Positions 1 through 9,059 of a DNA stretch of 64,000 nt are shown piece by piece. Both the position numbers and the translations under genes were made by a program. The notes under the pieces are model-generated. The model had not been told where the DNA came from and did no database searches. It saw nothing but the letters and a program-made list of their open reading frames with translations. The DNA comes from an uncultured Clostridia bacterium (GTDB lineage: Bacteria; Bacillota; Clostridia; Saccharofermentanales; Saccharofermentanaceae). The stretch is from positions 2,149-66,148 of the forward strand of contig CALEFT010000008.1 in the NCBI GenBank assembly GCA_937876985.1, given 5' to 3'. Every line of letters begins with the position of its first letter. Within the stretch, counting starts at the first letter, position 1.

Positions 1-1671
1 GGCACCAGCGCCTTCCATGAGCATAAGCTCCTCTGTGTCAATAAGGTTCTCAAGGCCAACAAAGCAAACTGCGAGGGTACCAACAACATTCTCCTTTGCG
101 ATGAAGCCAGTAACAGCTGCTGCCGCAAGTTGCCAGCTAAGAACACCAACGATAGGAACGAGCAAGTAAGCGAACGGACCTGCGATAGAAGCAAGAATCG
201 AGTCATTTGCATTCTCCGCAACCGCGAAAGACCAAGTAAATGTCTGCATAACCTGAACTGCTGTATTACATAGCAAAATAATTGTTGTCGCCTTCACGAT
301 GTAGGACCAACCGCGGCTACACATTGTCTTGAATGCACCCCAAATCGACGGCGCCTTATATGCAGGTAGCTCGATGATGAAGAAAGATCTTCTCGCCTTG
401 TGACCAGTAACAGCGTTGACAAGTAATGCACCTAAAAAAATCAACACGATACCAAGAGCATAGCTCAAGAACGAAACCCAACCAGAGCCACCAAAGAATG
501 CTCCAGCGAAAAGCGCGATAACTGGCACCTTCGCACCACATGGCATAAACGGAGAAAGCATTGCAGTTGCACGTCTTTCTCTCTCGTTACGAATAGTACG
601 GCTTGCCATAATTCCAGGAACAGCACATCCGATTGTAATAACAAACGGAATTACTGACTTACCAGAAAGACCAACCTTCTTAAAAATCGGATCAAGCACA
701 ACCGCAACGCGAGCCATGTAACCACAATCCTCAAGAATAGCAATCAAGAAGTGCATAACCATAACTAATGGCAAGAAGCCAACAACGGCAATCACTCCGC
801 CAATCACACCATCAACAAGTAGCGCGTGCAAAAGTGCATTTGCACCCTCAAGCTTATCAGCAACAAAGCCCTGGAAAATCTCAAGCCAGCCAACAAACAG
901 ATCAGCTAGCGGTGTACCAACCCACACCTGAGAAATCTGGAACACGAGGAACATTACAAGCGCAAAAATCGGAATACCAAACCACTGATTAGTAAGCACA
1001 GCGTCAATCTTGTCACCAAAAGTCTTCTCAGAAGACCTAACCTTACGAACCTCAACCTTCTTCACGATTCCATTTACAAAAGCAAATCTCGCTCTATCCT
1101 GCTCCTCAACCTGCTCCTTGCTAGACAAATCAATCTTCGCCTGCACAAAAGGCGCCTCGCAAACCTTACCTTGAGCGTCAACAGCAGCATCAATAGCAGC
1201 CTGCAAACCCTGAGCATGCGTCGACACAGTCTTCACAACCGGACACTTTAAAAGCTCAGAAAGCTTTGCCTCATCAATTCTAGTACCAGCCTTCTCATTC
1301 AAATCGCTCTTATTGAGCGCCACAACCACCGGCACACCAAGCTCCAAAAGCTGCGTCGTAAAAAACAAGCTCCTGCTCAAATTAGTCGCATCCACAATGT
1401 TAATAATCACATCAGGATTCTCGTTTTTCACATAAGAACTAGTAATGCTCTCCTCGCTCGTAAAAGGCGACATCGAATAAGCACCCGGCAAGTCAACCAT
1501 CACTATTTCCTTGCTTACTGCCGTGCCTTTTCGAAAAGCAGCCTTAAGAGCATGCTCCTTCTTGTCGACTGTTACGCCAGCCCAATTGCCGACCTTCTCA
1601 CTACGACCTGTAAGCGCGTTGTACATCGTAGTTTTACCCGAATTCGGATTTCCTGCTAATGCAATTCTCAT
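1..1671 (-). CDS. feoB: Ferrous iron transport protein B (3' end runs off the window)
   Basis: Manual translation from ATG 1671: MRIALAGNPNSGKTT (G1), GNWAGVTVD (G2), DLPG (G3), then a membrane domain with FMPCGAK; frame checked at 546; RBS GAGGAAAG. Confidence 0.95.
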   Translation of the reverse strand, partial: MRIALAGNPNSGKTTMYNALTGRSEKVGNWAGVTVDKKEHALKAAFRKGTAVSKEIVMVDLPGAYSMSPFTSEESITSSYVKNENPDVIINIVDATNLSRSLFFTTQLLELGVPVVVALNKSDLNEKAGTRIDEAKLSELLKCPVVKTVSTHAQGLQAAIDAAVDAQGKVCEAPFVQAKIDLSSKEQVEEQDRARFAFVNGIVKKVEVRKVRSSEKTFGDKIDAVLTNQWFGIPIFALVMFLVFQISQVWVGTPLADLFVGWLEIFQGFVADKLEGANALLHALLVDGVIGGVIAVVGFLPLVMVMHFLIAILEDCGYMARVAVVLDPIFKKVGLSGKSVIPFVITIGCAVPGIMASRTIRNERERRATAMLSPFMPCGAKVPVIALFAGAFFGGSGWVSFLSYALGIVLIFLGALLVNAVTGHKARRSFFIIELPAYKAPSIWGAFKTMCSRGWSYIVKATTIILLCNTAVQVMQTFTWSFAVAENANDSILASIAGPFAYLLVPIVGVLSWQLAAAAVTGFIAKENVVGTLAVCFVGLENLIDTEELMLMEGAGA

Positions 1672-1721
1672 ACTTTCCTCCATAACGCTTTGTATTGATT
1701 TGCGTTTTTGTAATTTGCGTC

Positions 1722-1743
1722 TAGTTAGCAGTGGCTAACTGAC
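1722..1743. promoter_or_regulatory. Palindromic operator GTTAGC-N4-GCTAAC upstream of feoB
   Basis: TAGTTAGCAGTGGCTAACTGA; same motif occurs twice upstream of feoA. Confidence 0.6.
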
Positions 1744-1854
1744 TATCTTTTGTAAAGCGCGGATTGATTTGCACCTACCGCGCTAAATACCTAATTAATT
1801 ATTGCTTGCTACAAAATAAAGTGCAGATATACTCATGCAAAACTTATGCATTAC

Positions 1855-2073
1855 TCATGCAACATAGATTGCGCTAGCAAGCTCGTTATCAATATTGTAT
1901 CGGCCGTCCTTGATTGAGACTACCATTCCGCCACCAAGCTTACGTACCACAGTTATTCCCTCGCCACTATAGCATCCAAGCGAGAACAAGAACTGGTTCA
2001 ACTCTTCGTCATCTGTCTCAATCTTCTGAACCAAATACTCTTTACCCTTTTCTGCCTTAAGTAGACTCATCAT
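1855..2073 (-). CDS. feoA: FeoA family protein
   Basis: About 72 aa, LFSLGCYSGEGITV motif, directly upstream of feoB. Confidence 0.9.
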   Translation of the reverse strand: MMSLLKAEKGKEYLVQKIETDDEELNQFLFSLGCYSGEGITVVRKLGGGMVVSIKDGRYNIDNELASAIYVA

Positions 2074-2138
2074 TATTACCACCTTTTATTTTATTAACTT
2101 TGTAACAATGTTAAACGTTACATATTTTGCCTTTGCAC

Positions 2139-2194
2139 TCGGTTAGTCATTGCTAACTTAATGTGTAAAATATCGGTTAGCATTTGCTAACCGA
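2139..2194. promoter_or_regulatory. Two tandem palindromic operators, putative metal-dependent repressor sites
   Basis: TCGGTTAGTCATTGCTAACTTA (2139-2160) and the perfect inverted repeat TCGGTTAGCA-TT-TGCTAACCGA (2173-2194). Confidence 0.7.
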
Positions 2195-2403
2195 CTACAT
2201 ATTACTCGTGTTCATGCATCTTGTCAACAACTTTTTTCTTATGAGTATTGTACCAAGGGTGAAGCATAGATTAACAAGAGTTTCACTCATGTTTGATGGT
2301 TTTTTCACTCATTTAGAACTTTTCGAGGAAGTAGAATGAGGCAAAACGCTTTGCAAAGGGATGTGGACAAGCCGAAGACAAAGCGGATACGAAGGAGAAA
2401 GCT

Positions 2404-3432
2404 ATGTGTACTTGTATTCACTATAACAATAGGTTTTTTGGGCGCAATTTGGATCTCGAGTGCTCGTATGGCGAGACGCTTGTGGTGGCGCCGCGCACGT
2501 TTGACTTCAAGATTCCGCAGACGCATAATTCTGCGGTAAAGTACAAGAAGACTTACGCGGTGATGGGCGTTGCGCATGTGGACGAGCAGAAGGATTATCC
2601 GCTGTTTTACGATGCGATGAATGAGGCTGGGCTTGCAATGGCGGGGCTAAACTTTCCTGACAATGCGGTGTATTTTAAGCCGGGCAGCAATAACGGTTCA
2701 GCTTCGTATTCTAATGGTCAAATAGATGGACACATCGATGGGAACGCCAAGGTCGAGGTCGCGCCTTTCCAGCTGATACCTTACATCTTACATAACTGCA
2801 GCGATATCAAGGAGGCTAAGGCGCTTCTTTCTAATTTGAGAATTGTTGACATTGACTATAACGCGACTTACAAGGCGACGCCGCTTCATTGGATGATTGC
2901 GGATGAGAATAGGACAATTGTCGTCGAGCAGATGGCGGAGGGGCTTTTTGTTTATGATAATCCGCTTGGTGTGATGACGAACAATCCGCCTTTTCCCTAC
3001 CATATGATGAATATGAAAACTTACATTGGCATGAGCACAAAGACACCGACTGCGCATTTTGCAGATGGGCTTAGCTTCGAGGCAATTAGTAATGGTATGG
3101 GCGCGATTGGTTTGCCTGGCGATTTCTCTTCTATGTCGAGATTTATTAAAGCAGCTTTTGTGCTTCACAATTCTGCGCCACTTAAGGCAAACAGCATCGA
3201 GTCATCGGTTAGCCAGTTTATGCACATTTTGTCGAGCGTCGCAATGCCACGTGGCAGCGTAGAAACCAAAGATAGTGTCCTAGAATATACCGTATATTCT
3301 TCTTGCTACGACCTAGTTTCTGGCAAATTCTATATAAAAACTTACGACAACTGGACCATTCGAACTTGCGGCTTTGCTGAGGCTGACCTCGCCTGCGAAG
3401 ACGGAAAGCTTACAGTTCTTGACAATGTCTAG
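2404..3432 (+). CDS. Choloylglycine hydrolase family (bile salt hydrolase / penicillin V acylase) Ntn hydrolase
   Basis: N-terminal MCT nucleophile, FFGRNLD, MNEAGL, TNNP, GLPGDFSSMSRF. Confidence 0.9.
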   Translation: MCTCIHYNNRFFGRNLDLECSYGETLVVAPRTFDFKIPQTHNSAVKYKKTYAVMGVAHVDEQKDYPLFYDAMNEAGLAMAGLNFPDNAVYFKPGSNNGSASYSNGQIDGHIDGNAKVEVAPFQLIPYILHNCSDIKEAKALLSNLRIVDIDYNATYKATPLHWMIADENRTIVVEQMAEGLFVYDNPLGVMTNNPPFPYHMMNMKTYIGMSTKTPTAHFADGLSFEAISNGMGAIGLPGDFSSMSRFIKAAFVLHNSAPLKANSIESSVSQFMHILSSVAMPRGSVETKDSVLEYTVYSSCYDLVSGKFYIKTYDNWTIRTCGFAEADLACEDGKLTVLDNV

Positions 3433-3453
3433 ACCCAGAAGAGGAGGTATAAA

Positions 3454-3513
3454 ATGCTTGCTATAATCTCTGCAACCTGTATGCTTTATTTGTGGTTAGC
3501 TCTTCACATCTGA
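3454..3513 (+). CDS. Putative 19-aa hydrophobic small protein
   Basis: Strong RBS GAGGAGG 6 nt before ATG; MLAIISATCMLYLWLALHI*. Confidence 0.4.
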   Translation: MLAIISATCMLYLWLALHI

Positions 3514-3687
3514 GCCTACCCTCAAGACCACTATATGTCTCCCTCGAAAAGCATCACCTATAAAACTTATAAACAACAGAAAACCGGCTTGCTTCTACTG
3601 TGATTTTCGCGATAGAAGAAACCGGTTTGATTTTGTTACTAATCTAATGTTGTGACGTTCGATAACTACATGAAAGCACAAGAACAA

Positions 3688-4329
3688 TTAGATCTCGTCA
3701 TCTGCAAAACTGTTTGTGTATTCAAGACCATCTGCCATTGCATTTCCCTTGATGCTCTCATAGAAAGCAGCTGTAGAGAAATTCATATATGGAGTTACGA
3801 ATAATGAAGCTAGTCCAAAAGTAATAAAGCAAAGCAATATCCATCCAATAAATGACAACTGAAGAACAAAAAGGTCCATCTTATGTCCATTCATAATGCG
3901 CTCACTTTCCTTAAGTGCCTCAGATGCAGTAAGTGTTGGATTGTCGAGCCATACGTAGTAAGACATCGAGTAAGCATAGCTCTTAATGATTCCTGGAATG
4001 ATAAATAACAAAGACCAAAGGAATACAAACAAAGCTACTAGGAAACTAATAAGTCCACCATTGATAAGTCCATCTTTATTAAAGAACTTAAAGATAGAGT
4101 CTAATGTTGGATACTCTCCTCTTACTGTATCAATCACATACTTATTCAAACCCAATGCAAGTGCTCCCATTGCAAATACTGCTGCAATAGCACCAACAAC
4201 TGGCACTACACCCAAAACACTGGAAATAGCACCACTACATAGTGAAAAAATAAAAAATGTACCGATGTGTCCTCCGATATTACTTGTCAATAGGTTCCAA
4301 CCTATTCTTCTTGCTTCTTGTGCTGACAT
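3688..4329 (-). CDS. DUF975 family membrane protein
   Basis: LWSLLFIIPGIIKSYAYSM, M-NGHKMDLF and PY..FY signatures. Confidence 0.85.
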   Translation of the reverse strand: MSAQEARRIGWNLLTSNIGGHIGTFFIFSLCSGAISSVLGVVPVVGAIAAVFAMGALALGLNKYVIDTVRGEYPTLDSIFKFFNKDGLINGGLISFLVALFVFLWSLLFIIPGIIKSYAYSMSYYVWLDNPTLTASEALKESERIMNGHKMDLFVLQLSFIGWILLCFITFGLASLFVTPYMNFSTAAFYESIKGNAMADGLEYTNSFADDEI

Positions 4330-4472
4330 AATTTTCCTCCCTTAACATAAATTACTTTTCTTCTTGTCAACAGCTGCACGGCACAAGTCTTGTGTGGGGT
4401 GCAACTTTTCGAGAAAAAGTGTACTACAAAAACCTACGCATTACAACGGACAACAAGTCCCAAAGTCACAAA

Positions 4473-5198
4473 TTACTTCTTAGGATTTGCATTGCTATTT
4501 GTGTTTGGAGCTGGCGCTGGTGGCGGACCAAAGACAACCTCGTAGTCAGTATAAATCGCAAGCATTCCACGAATCGTATTCTGCGCACCAGTCTCCGCAG
4601 TCTCGAACAAGCCAGCATCAATCGCCGCTTCGAGCTCCTCCTCCTTCACTTCCTCGGTCAACTCTATCTCAATATCAGGGTCGACCTCATTGAAAAGCCC
4701 GTCGCTCCATTCAAGATCGCGATCAGTAATCTCATTTGAGAAAACCTCTGGCTCCGGAAGCTCAATATAAATAATCATCTCGTCGTCATCGACAGTAACA
4801 TCAATATCCTTAATCTCATATCCAGCACGAATCTCGCCCTCATACTCAAGCTCGACAAAATACCTTGTCCAAGGCAAATCGTAATCAAAAAGCTCGTCGC
4901 AATCACTCTCAGTAATCACACCCTCGTAATCATAAAGAGCAGTAGACAACTCGCCAATCTCAAAAAGACGCGCCTCGACTTCTTCAATGCTGACGTAATC
5001 CATATCTTCTTCCTTCTTCGTGTCGTCACCAAACATCTTGCCAAACACATTCATAATGTCGCCGCCAACACCCTTAAAAATCAGCACGACAAGACCAATC
5101 ACAACAAGAATCGCCACAATCGTCAGCGTCACACCCACAGCCCTGAAGCCAAAACCGTATTTCTCAAGTGTTACTCTAAGTCTCTCGCTTCTTCTCAT
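4473..5198 (-). CDS. DUF4230 domain membrane-anchored protein
   Basis: N-terminal TM helix, ELST..Y, YEGEIRAG, IELPEPEV, acidic composition. Confidence 0.75.
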   Translation of the reverse strand: MRRSERLRVTLEKYGFGFRAVGVTLTIVAILVVIGLVVLIFKGVGGDIMNVFGKMFGDDTKKEEDMDYVSIEEVEARLFEIGELSTALYDYEGVITESDCDELFDYDLPWTRYFVELEYEGEIRAGYEIKDIDVTVDDDEMIIYIELPEPEVFSNEITDRDLEWSDGLFNEVDPDIEIELTEEVKEEELEAAIDAGLFETAETGAQNTIRGMLAIYTDYEVVFGPPPAPAPNTNSNANPKK

Positions 5199-5282
5199 AG
5201 TCTACTACCTCCTTATCGCCCTATTTCTATCACGCCTTGCTTACAAAGTCGCCTTGTTTTGTTCTGTTCTCTTGTTCTCTAA

Positions 5283-5810
5283 TTATCCAATCCACTCATC
5301 TTCCTCATCTTCAATGCTTTTCTCATCGGCAAAATCGGAGTCTGAGTGAACAACATACTTTATGCCCATGTCGCTACAATACTTCTTCAATTCGTCGCAT
5401 GCAGGATTTACTACAGTGACCATTCCAGTAAAGCCAGTAAGAGCTCTGATTTCTTTCTTGTCTTTATCATATATTACTTGCATGCATTTTTTCTTGCGAT
5501 TATTTATATAAACAATTAACTTATTTCCCTTAGCAACGAATTCGACTTCCTCGTTCGTCGTAAGTTCACCTGATGCCTTCGCTTCATTAACCTTCTTCGC
5601 CACAGTACCTATCGTAATAAAATACGGTATTAGCAAAACCGCCGATGCTGCGATAGACATCCCACCAATACTAACATCTGGAACGAGCAAACCAATAGAT
5701 GCAAAAGCCAACACTGGCCACCATATACAAGCTAGAAGAATCCATTTCGAATACTTACTCTCGTCATAGACACGAGCAACCACCTTATAACCGTTTTCTG
5801 TGTATTCCAT
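5283..5810 (-). CDS. Hypothetical membrane protein (2 TM)
   Basis: 175-aa ORF with RBS and two hydrophobic segments. Confidence 0.7.
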   Translation of the reverse strand: MEYTENGYKVVARVYDESKYSKWILLACIWWPVLAFASIGLLVPDVSIGGMSIAASAVLLIPYFITIGTVAKKVNEAKASGELTTNEEVEFVAKGNKLIVYINNRKKKCMQVIYDKDKKEIRALTGFTGMVTVVNPACDELKKYCSDMGIKYVVHSDSDFADEKSIEDEEDEWIG

Positions 5811-5830
5811 ATCCTCTTCTCAAAACTCCA

Positions 5831-6319
5831 TTAATTATTAGCCGCACTATTTGCATTGTCACTTTGCACCGCGTCAATCGCGACAACAACCATCAGCACA
5901 TAAAGCGCATTTTTCGGATCGTTAATGTCGAGCACATACGTGTCCACCAACTGAAAAAGCTTCGTGCCCACAGTCGCAATCTCGTTTCCATCCGCATCAT
6001 GAATATCGTAATTTACCGCCGGCCAATCCGCACGAATCTCCCAACCGTTGAAGTCGATATTGTACGCCTGCTTAAACAGCGTCATCTCCTTCGTAATCGT
6101 GCCAACCATCTCGTCGCCAACATACAAATCGAACCTCGGCAAAAAACTCCAAAGCCTTTGCGAAATTCGCCCAACCGGCACATGCTCCGCATCGTAAATC
6201 GTAAGCTCCCTACCAATCGCGAACTTCCTCTCCACAGTAAAAACGACATTCTCTTCCTCGTCAAAAATCTTGTACGAATCAAGCCACGAGAAAACCTTCT
6301 GCTTAAAAATCAGTCTCAT
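5831..6319 (-). CDS. LURP-one-related / tubby C-terminal-like (scramblase) protein
   Basis: MRLIFKQKVFSWLDSYKIFD...DTYVLDI...VVAIDA pattern; RBS GGAG before ATG 6319. Confidence 0.85.
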   Translation of the reverse strand: MRLIFKQKVFSWLDSYKIFDEEENVVFTVERKFAIGRELTIYDAEHVPVGRISQRLWSFLPRFDLYVGDEMVGTITKEMTLFKQAYNIDFNGWEIRADWPAVNYDIHDADGNEIATVGTKLFQLVDTYVLDINDPKNALYVLMVVVAIDAVQSDNANSAANN

Positions 6320-6579
6320 CTTAAATCTCCCATCCCTTCTTACCTTCTTGTCTTCTCTTTTATATCCCTTTTCGAAAAGGGCACGCTCGCATTCAAGCAC
6401 ACTAGCGCATCCTTTCAATATTATTATACATTATCCTTTCTGAAATTGATAATACTACTCACGACGCGCCAATCGACTTCGGATATACATATCAAGACAA
6501 GAAGTGATTATCGATATCACCCCTTACACATTCCTTACACATTGACTTCCTCTTTAAGTACCCAAAAAGCATTATGCAT

Positions 6580-6897
6580 TCAGTCTTCATCCCGATCAAT
6601 GCCTCTATCAACAATCTCACATACAACCCCACGCGGCAAAATGTAAAGTATCTTACCCGTAGCCTTATCGCCAATCTTATCGTAAAGGCGGCCGGCACTC
6701 ATGCTCTCACCGAGCACCGTATAGTGACTATTTGCCACAAAACCGATTTGTCCAAGAGCAGGCATCTCTACTTTGATTGCCTCCTTGTCGTACTCATTGT
6801 CCGGATCCTTGACGAGCGTAACAACCATGCCCGGTTCCATAAATTCATCGCCATACTTACGATTAGTTCCTGTAATTGTGAAATACATATTTTTCAT
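6580..6897 (-). CDS. HIRAN domain protein
   Basis: LVKDPDNEYDKEAIKV...IGFVAN signature. Confidence 0.85.
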   Translation of the reverse strand: MKNMYFTITGTNRKYGDEFMEPGMVVTLVKDPDNEYDKEAIKVEMPALGQIGFVANSHYTVLGESMSAGRLYDKIGDKATGKILYILPRGVVCEIVDRGIDRDED

Positions 6898-7162
6898 ACC
6901 GATACCGCCTTTCCTGTCAGCTTACATTCGAGCTAAATCCGCTGTCATTTTGCGCTGAATTTTATATGTTCTTGACGATATTCTAACAGCACTCCGTTCC
7001 CATTAAACGGACAGGCTTTTCGAGAGAGGCGCATTCGCGTAGCCTTCACAGTTGCAAACTTTTGCAAACTTTCCTCTTGCGAAAAGCATAATTTCTCCAA
7101 CACCAAACAGCGTTATTATTTTGGTAAAAATTAACAGAACGGGAGTAAGAATATGTCCAGCT

Positions 7163-7221
7163 AAGTCCATTATTCATGCGGTCTATAAGTTTTTAAGATA
7201 TCTGTCTCTTAAAATTTCCAT
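7163..7221 (-). pseudogene. 5' fragment of a second COG1373 AAA ATPase
   Basis: RBS GAGG, then MEILRDRYLK, a frameshift, LIDRMNNGL; parallels MEKEIKRDYYLDQLIKRKDNGL of the adjacent ATPase, then breaks off. Confidence 0.6.
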
Positions 7222-7396
7222 GCACTCGCCTCATTTTAGATTTATTGTCACGAATCACTTTTTCTAAAATACAGATACTATTCTACGTCGTTCTATAGAT
7301 TTTTTAATATCCCAAACCATGGACTGCCTGTCGATGTAACATCGATTTTTGAGCAAAAACAAACCGCTATCAGATTTCTCTAATAACGGTCAGTTT

Positions 7397-8668
7397 CTAT
7401 AAATCCATCAGTTCCGGGTTTAATAAGAAATCATACACATTTATCATTAAAATCCCTTCATCCGTATAAAAAGGCTTTGGTGTATCGGAGGTAATGACAA
7501 TCTTTTTAAAGGAGTCATTTATTTTGAGGAATGGTCTGATTTCCTGTGCTAATTTTTCCTCTGTACCAAGCTGGTATGCTGACTGAATGTAATACTTCTT
7601 AGAACCTTTATTGCATATAAAGTCTACTTCTAACTGCTTCTTTACAGCCTTGCCATCCTTTCCTCTCTCCAGTATGGTAAGATTTCCTACATCAACGCTG
7701 AATCCTCTCTTTCTAAGCTCATTATAAATGACATTCTCCATAGAGTGAGTTACCTCTATTTGTCTATAATTGATACGTGCATTTCTAAGCCCCATGTCCA
7801 TAAAGTAATATTTCAAAGGTGTACCAATATAAGACTTGCCCTTTATGTCATACCTTACGGCTTCCTCAATTAAGAATGCATCCTCTAAATACTCAATGTA
7901 TTTTGTGATGGTAGTAGCGGTAATCTTTGAACTGTTCACGCTCTTAAAAGTCTTTTGAAGCTTATTCGGATTTGTAAGTGCTCCAATTGCAGAGGAAAGA
8001 ATATCCAACAGTGCTTCCATCTCTCCTACGTTTCTAATTTTATTTCTCTTTACGATATCACTAATGTAGGTTTCTTTGAATAAGTTATCGAGAATAGCCA
8101 TTTTCTGCTCTTCTGTCTCAGCTAAAACAACAAGCGGGATGCCACCATAGGTAATGTATTCATTCCAGCCGTCATATCGGTTGCCCTCATATACTGACAT
8201 AAATTCAGAAAAGCTCAAGGGATACATATGCACTTCATCCCCTCTGCCTCCAAACTCTGTAGCAATGTCTCTTGATAAAAACTTTGCATTACTTCCGGTT
8301 ACAAACACATCACAGTTTTTCTTATCCGCAAGCCCATTTAATACACTTACAAATTCATCAAGCAGCTGCACTTCATCCAAAAGAAAATAATATGTGCCAT
8401 CATACTTCATTTGCTCCTTAGCCCATGGGTAAAATACTTTAGGGTCTCTATACTCTATATTATCGTATAAATCAAATGCCATCTCAATAATATGGGCCTC
8501 ATCCACTCCACTTTCTATGAGATGGTTCTTAAATATGGTACGTAACAGATAAGATTTTCCGCATCTCCTGATACCGGTCACTATTTTTATCAGCCCGTTA
8601 TCTTTTCTTTTTATCAGCTGGTCCAAGTAATAGTCTCTTTTTATCTCTTTTTCCATAATAATCATCAC
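7397..8668 (-). CDS. COG1373 ATP-binding protein (AAA_14 + DUF4143)
   Basis: Walker A GIRRCGKS, Walker B LLDEVQ, TGSN, YGGIP, KYYFMDMG, EVDF; exact start uncertain (8656-8668). Confidence 0.9.
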   Translation of the reverse strand: MMIIMEKEIKRDYYLDQLIKRKDNGLIKIVTGIRRCGKSYLLRTIFKNHLIESGVDEAHIIEMAFDLYDNIEYRDPKVFYPWAKEQMKYDGTYYFLLDEVQLLDEFVSVLNGLADKKNCDVFVTGSNAKFLSRDIATEFGGRGDEVHMYPLSFSEFMSVYEGNRYDGWNEYITYGGIPLVVLAETEEQKMAILDNLFKETYISDIVKRNKIRNVGEMEALLDILSSAIGALTNPNKLQKTFKSVNSSKITATTITKYIEYLEDAFLIEEAVRYDIKGKSYIGTPLKYYFMDMGLRNARINYRQIEVTHSMENVIYNELRKRGFSVDVGNLTILERGKDGKAVKKQLEVDFICNKGSKKYYIQSAYQLGTEEKLAQEIRPFLKINDSFKKIVITSDTPKPFYTDEGILMINVYDFLLNPELMDL

Positions 8669-8672
8669 TCCT

Positions 8673-8784
8673 AGAAGATATTTCGGTTAGTTTTTACTAA
8701 AATTTCTTCTATTGTACATCGCAAATGGATTTATTTCAAACGTCCCAAAAGATATTTCGGTATATATTTACCAAAATATCTTTT
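8673..8784. repeat. Two related 38-bp palindromes, 74 bp apart
   Basis: AGAAGATATTTCGGT..ACTAAAATTTCTTCT (8673-8710) and AAAAGATATTTCGGTA..TACCAAAATATCTTTT (8747-8784). Confidence 0.8.
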
Positions 8785-9059
8785 AGAAACAATCTTCCCA
8801 TATCAAAGACATCCTATTTGCGTCTACAGACTTATTTCCTCTTCATCAATGTGCTCCTTTAGGGAAGATTTTTGCAACTAGTTGCATTTTTCAGTCCTAG
8901 AATTCCCTCGCAACATATTTTCATGTACAAACCCTATCTTCATTGAAATTATTTTATTCTCCTGACCCACAAAACGCAAAAAGACCACTCCCAAGTCTAC
9001 ACTTGAAAGTGGTCCATTCTTTCTGCAATCTTTGCATAATATTTGCATAAACACTGGGC

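Noticed and set aside
356..992. feoB frameshift suggested by its absence from the ORF track and by short ORFs there
   Set aside because: The frame checked at 1671 and 546 is the same and stays open where I translated it; the gene simply runs off the window.
5699..6646. 315-aa plus-strand ORF and the many other antisense ORFs over lysS, guaB, sbcC, folD etc.
   Set aside because: Shadows of well-supported minus-strand genes, with no motifs or RBS.
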